This document shows, piece by piece, positions 16,882-20,221 of a stretch of DNA of 20,221 nucleotides. The DNA lies in the NCBI GenBank assembly GCA_043825735.1, contig JBDRRP010000139.1, positions 126,001 to 146,221 of the forward strand, given 5' to 3'. The notes under the pieces are model-generated. The model saw only the letters and a list, made by a program, of their open reading frames with translations, ran no database searches and had not been told where the DNA came from. The stretch comes from Pseudomonadota bacterium (GTDB taxonomy: Bacteria; Desulfobacterota; Desulfobacteria; Desulfobacterales; JBDRRP01). How positions within the stretch are numbered: the stretch's first letter is position 1; every line of letters starts with the position of its first letter. A program made the translations under genes and the position numbers.

Positions 16882-17017
16882 TTGACAGTCCAGTAAAAAG
16901 TCTGAAATCACCACAGAGGACGCAGAGAGCGCAGAGATAACTTAATAATTATTCAGTATGTTCTCTGCGCTCTCTGCGGTCTCTGTGGTTCAAAATCACT
17001 TTTTACGGAGCTATTAA
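16882..17017. mobile_element. 136-bp MITE-like palindromic element, copy 2 (inverted relative to copy 1)
   Basis: Its reverse complement aligns along its whole length with 13663-13798, including an identical AAGTTATCTCTGCGCTCTCTGCGTCCTCTGTGGTGATTTCAGACTTTTTAC stretch. Confidence 0.72.
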
Positions 17018-17080
17018 ACTTGAAAGCATGATACCGGATATACCATGGACTTCTTTAACCCGTTGGGAAACTGAGATCTG

Positions 17081-17920
17081 ATGTTTCACTTATTGGTTGA
17101 TCGCCGCCGGAAAAAGCTTGTGGAAGTGCCATTTCCCTCTTTGTGGGAGGACATCATCCGCCGGAACGTGGCCCATTACTGCATGCTGGAAGATGCAGAG
17201 CGTGCGCAACTGCGGGCCCTGATCCAGGTGTTTGTCGCCGAGAAAAACTGGGAAGGCGCCGGCGGACTTGAAATCACCGATGAGATCCGCGTCACGATCT
17301 CGGCGCAGGCCTGCCTGCTCCTTCTGGGGCTGCCCCACAACTACTACCGAAATGTGCAATCCATAATTGTCTATCCCTCTACTGTTGTTCCGCCGCAGCA
17401 AAAGGCGGGTTTTTTTGACAACCGAATCGCACCGGTGGCGCAGGCGCATCCCATCATCGGGCAGGCCTTTCAGCAGGGGCCGGTCATCATTATCTGGGAT
17501 GCCGCCCTGCGTGGCGGACGCCACCCTGAATTGGGCCACAACGTGATTTACCACGAGTTCGCCCACAAACTGGACATGCTCGATGGCGCGGCCGACGGCA
17601 CGCCACCGCTGCGCGACAGGGCTGAATACCGTGACTGGGTCGCGACCTGCTCGCGGGAGTACCTGCGCTTAAAAAATGATACCCACAAAGGCAGAAAATC
17701 ATTTCTCAATGCCTACGGTGCGACCAACGAAGCGGAGTTTTTCGCCGTTGCCACCGAGCAATTCTTCGATCAGCCGCGGTTAATGCTTGAGCATGCACCG
17801 GATATTTACCGGGTTCTGAAGGAATACTACCGTCAGGACCCCTCCGAACGCGTGAATCGAAACAGCTGCACCCCTCCCAGTCATGCCGGACTTGAACCGT
17901 CATCCAGCGCTTCCGATTGA
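17081..17920 (+). CDS. mtfA: M90-family zinc metallopeptidase (MtfA-like)
   Basis: FVAEKNWEG, ISAQACL, IIVYP, GPVIIIW, NVIYHEFAHKLD (HExxH), YGATNEAEFFAVATE.F, YYRQDP. Confidence 0.9.
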   Translation: MFHLLVDRRRKKLVEVPFPSLWEDIIRRNVAHYCMLEDAERAQLRALIQVFVAEKNWEGAGGLEITDEIRVTISAQACLLLLGLPHNYYRNVQSIIVYPSTVVPPQQKAGFFDNRIAPVAQAHPIIGQAFQQGPVIIIWDAALRGGRHPELGHNVIYHEFAHKLDMLDGAADGTPPLRDRAEYRDWVATCSREYLRLKNDTHKGRKSFLNAYGATNEAEFFAVATEQFFDQPRLMLEHAPDIYRVLKEYYRQDPSERVNRNSCTPPSHAGLEPSSSASD

Positions 17921-18100
17921 AATCCGGATTTCGATAGGCCCAGATTTCAGTATGAGGCCAGGCAGGCACCAGTGCTGCCGCCGGCAGCTGAAAGCGATTC
18001 TTGCCTTTTCAGACCAGTCCGCGGTCGACGACCGATTTTCCAAAGTAGGTGCGAGTGAGGCTGTTCCCCCCCCTCCTCAGATCGTCCTGAAGGCCAAAAC

Positions 18101-18143
18101 CATGCCCTGATTTTTGTGCACGATGCACAGGAAACAGGGCATG
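18101..18143. other. Long hairpin upstream of intI
   Basis: CATGCCCTG-ATTTT-TGTGCA-CGA-TGCACA-GGAAA-CAGGGCATG. Confidence 0.5.
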
Positions 18144-18282
18144 CTCTAAAATCCGTTTACTGAAAAAGCCTTGAAATTCAGTTATGTTACATTGGCATGG
18201 GCCTTGCTCTATTTTAAAGTGCATTCCGTTGATTTTCTAACAACCACAGAAAAATACGAATTCAGCAAGGAGGGTCGCGATC

Positions 18283-19524
18283 ATGGAGGATTTTAGAAAA
18301 TATTTAATGGACAAACGGATCACGACACCAAAGCAAGTGGAATTTTATGTCCATTGGGTGGTCAGTTTGTTCAATCACTGCGGCAAGCACCCCGGAGACG
18401 CCATTGACGCTTCAGACATCGAGCTATTTTTAAAGAATGCTTCCCGGAAACGAGAATCATGGCAGATAGACCAAGCCAGGCACGCCATTGAGATTTTCAC
18501 CTTCTGGAAAGGCCAAACTGCAGGCGGACGTTTCAAGGGATCGATAAATGCCAGAACTCAATGGAAAATTGCAATTGATACTATGCGCAAGTTGATGCGC
18601 TTGAAGCACCTGGCGCTGAAGACGGAGAAAACCTACTTAGGTTGGGTGCGCCGGTTTTACCGATTTGTAAATGGCAAGGCACCAGGTGACTTAACAGGTA
18701 CTGATGTCAAAAACTATATGACCTATCAGGCAGTAGAAAAAAATGTGTCGGTTTCCACGCAGAACCAAGCTTTCAATGCATTATTGTTCCTGTATCGGAA
18801 TGTTCTCGAGGAAACCATAGAGGACATTCGCGATGCCGTCCGTGCAAAACGGAAACGCAGACTGCCCACAGTATTGACCCAAAAAGAGGTGTCACGTCTT
18901 CTGGCGGAGTTAAGCGGTGTGCACAAGTTAATGGTACAAATCGCATACGGTGGCGGCCTAAGGTTGAAAGAGTGTCTAAATTTGCGAGTGAAGGATCTGG
19001 ATTTTGAGCGCTTCACAATAGTGATCCGTAGTGGAAAAGGCGATGAGGACCGAGAGACGATGCTACCGGAAACAGTCGTACCAAAAATCCAGGCGCACTT
19101 ACAGATAATTAAAAGCCTATACGAAAAAGATCGAGAACATGGTATAGCAGGTGTTGAGATGCCGGGTGCCCTGTCACGGAAACTACCCAATGCAGGAACG
19201 GAATGGGGTTGGTTCTGGGTATTTCCATCCGCAAAGCTTTCGGAGGACCCCCGATCCGGTGTGATCCGACGCCACCACCTGCATGAGAGTGTCCTTTACA
19301 GGCATGTCAGAAAGGCAGCATTCTCGGCGAAAATCACGAAACGCGTCACGGTTCACACTTTCAGGCACAGCTTTGCCACTCATCTAGTGGAAAAAGGGGT
19401 AGACATCCGCACCGTGCAGGAGTTGTTGGGGCACAAGCGCCTTGAAACAACCATGATTTATACACACGTAGCAAGAACGCACAGGCTCGGAGTCAAAAGT
19501 CCTTTAGATGACAAGGATAAGTAA
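18283..19524 (+). CDS. intI: Integron integrase (tyrosine recombinase) with an extra N-terminal domain
   Basis: Catalytic residues in YGGGLR, RSGKG, HTFRHSFATH, LLGHK and TMIYTH. Integron-specific insertion GVEMPGALSRKLPNAGTEWGWFWVFPS..SEDPRSGVIRRHHLH. Also TEKTYLGWVRRF, STQNQAFNALLFLY, RLPTVLT. RBS AAGGAGG. Confidence 0.96.
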   Translation: MEDFRKYLMDKRITTPKQVEFYVHWVVSLFNHCGKHPGDAIDASDIELFLKNASRKRESWQIDQARHAIEIFTFWKGQTAGGRFKGSINARTQWKIAIDTMRKLMRLKHLALKTEKTYLGWVRRFYRFVNGKAPGDLTGTDVKNYMTYQAVEKNVSVSTQNQAFNALLFLYRNVLEETIEDIRDAVRAKRKRRLPTVLTQKEVSRLLAELSGVHKLMVQIAYGGGLRLKECLNLRVKDLDFERFTIVIRSGKGDEDRETMLPETVVPKIQAHLQIIKSLYEKDREHGIAGVEMPGALSRKLPNAGTEWGWFWVFPSAKLSEDPRSGVIRRHHLHESVLYRHVRKAAFSAKITKRVTVHTFRHSFATHLVEKGVDIRTVQELLGHKRLETTMIYTHVARTHRLGVKSPLDDKDK

Positions 19525-19683
19525 AGAGATAACGGCCTTTGTCAAATAGCTTGCAGCTAGGATAATGCGGCTAATACCCGGCAAATCTTGCTTAGTTTTA
19601 AAATACACATTTTATAGATTGCCCATAACACGCTGATATGAAGGCTTATCCGGACCAAGTGGAACCATCTGGAAATTAGGAAA

Positions 19684-19758
19684 GTTTTTGCGGATGACAG
19701 GTTCAAAATCAGTTTTCCGCAAAAACACGCTAGCGAATCATTATAAAGTTAGAAAGAG
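19684..19758 (+). mobile_element. Putative attI site; crossover G/TT at 19748/19749
   Basis: GTTAGAAAGAG (19748-19758) is the exact complement of CTCTTTCTAAC (20026-20036) at the first attC, as expected for an integrated cassette. No attC-type fold is seen upstream. An 11-bp inverted repeat lies at 19684-19694/19716-19726. Confidence 0.72.
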
Positions 19759-20082
19759 AAATTGATATCCTAATTATGACGCATATTTACCCAATAGTAA
19801 CATTTGTCATAATTTATTATATTTTTATGTGCATTTTATTGCTTGGATCACAACGGCAATTTGAAGCGTTTAGCCGCCAGAACATAATGAATTTGTTCAA
19901 ATTCAATTTCATGGGTCACGATAAACATCTTGTATATTTCTCGATTGTGATTTCAATTATTTTCGCAACCTTACTTACAGTGTCAGTGTATTAATGCATG
20001 TGATTGAATTAGTATTTGCGGAGAGCTCTTTCTAACAAATCGCCGTTGGGGACGCAAAAACCCGCGCCCCAAGGCTCAAGCG
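19749..20082 (+). mobile_element. Integron gene cassette 1 (334 bp)
   Basis: Bounded by GTTAGAA and the attC ending GTTATAC; strongly AT-rich; one ORF. Confidence 0.82.
19776..19994 (+). CDS. Cassette-encoded small membrane protein (72 aa, two hydrophobic segments)
   Basis: IYPIVTFVIIYYIFMCILLLG and LVYFSIVISIIFATLLTVSVY; fills most of the cassette; no clear RBS. Confidence 0.6.
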   Translation: MTHIYPIVTFVIIYYIFMCILLLGSQRQFEAFSRQNIMNLFKFNFMGHDKHLVYFSIVISIIFATLLTVSVY

Positions 20083-20088
20083 TTATAC
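20030..20088 (+). mobile_element. attC site (59 bp)
   Basis: R'' TTCTAAC - AAATC - L'' GCCGTTGG - GGACGCAAAAACCCGCGCC - L' CCAAGGC - TCAAGC - R' GTTATAC. L'' pairs with L' except one extra base at position 4, and there is a second unpaired A in GGGGACGC versus GCGCCCC. Confidence 0.9.
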
Positions 20089-20094
20089 GTATAA

Positions 20095-20221
20095 ATGAAA
20101 AATACTATTACTATCTTTACCAACCATAACGGACGGATCGAAATTAATACTGAATCATGGTCAGAATACATGAAAATGAGTCTGTTGCTGAGTTTCAGAT
20201 ATGGATTCTTAAGATTTGGTA
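20095..20221 (+). CDS. Cassette 2 ORF, 5' fragment (hypothetical, runs off the right edge)
   Basis: ATG 12 nt after the crossover point; MKNTITIFTNHNGRIEINTESWSEYMKMSLLLSFRYGFLRFG stays open to the end of the window. Confidence 0.6.
   Translation, partial: MKNTITIFTNHNGRIEINTESWSEYMKMSLLLSFRYGFLRFG

Noticed and set aside
19525..19747. Cassette promoter Pc
   Set aside because: AT-rich with several partial -10-like hexamers, but I could not fix a convincing -35/-10 pair.
19623..19754. CCATAAC...GTTAGAA as an additional attC before cassette 1
   Set aside because: The predicted L'' and L' boxes do not pair and there is no ORF upstream; better explained as attI.

Overview
A 20.2-kb bacterial chromosomal segment, mostly GC-rich; the gene content and repeat style suggest an anaerobic Desulfobacterota/deltaproteobacterium (inference). 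The left half is almost entirely minus-strand: a secreted TPR protein running off the left edge, a membrane PAS/HisKA sensor lacking an ATPase domain, a NuoE/NuoF/NuoG-N-like (HydCBA/HoxEFU-like) flavin-FeS module with no catalytic subunit, a cNMP-binding protein, an IMPDH/GMP-reductase family enzyme, an arsenic locus (arsR, then a second ArsR-like domain in frame with arsM, each behind an identical 25-bp palindromic operator), a PilZ protein and two small ORFs. The right half is plus-strand: Nudix hydrolase, NAD-dependent epimerase, HIT protein, acyltransferase, O-methyltransferase, YkgJ-type Cys-cluster protein and M90 peptidase. The window ends in an integron: a 413-aa IntI with an apparently duplicated N-terminal domain, followed on the SAME strand by a putative attI, one complete AT-rich cassette with a clear 59-bp attC, and the start of a second cassette. 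Many long intergenic gaps are filled with a modular family of short repeats (GGCGGCCTGCGGCCGG, GCAAC[T/G]GC, 7/8/9-10-nt periodic triplets, REP-like hairpins), and there are two copies of a 136-bp MITE-like element; no transposase is present. All calls come from reading motifs by eye; no database searches were run.
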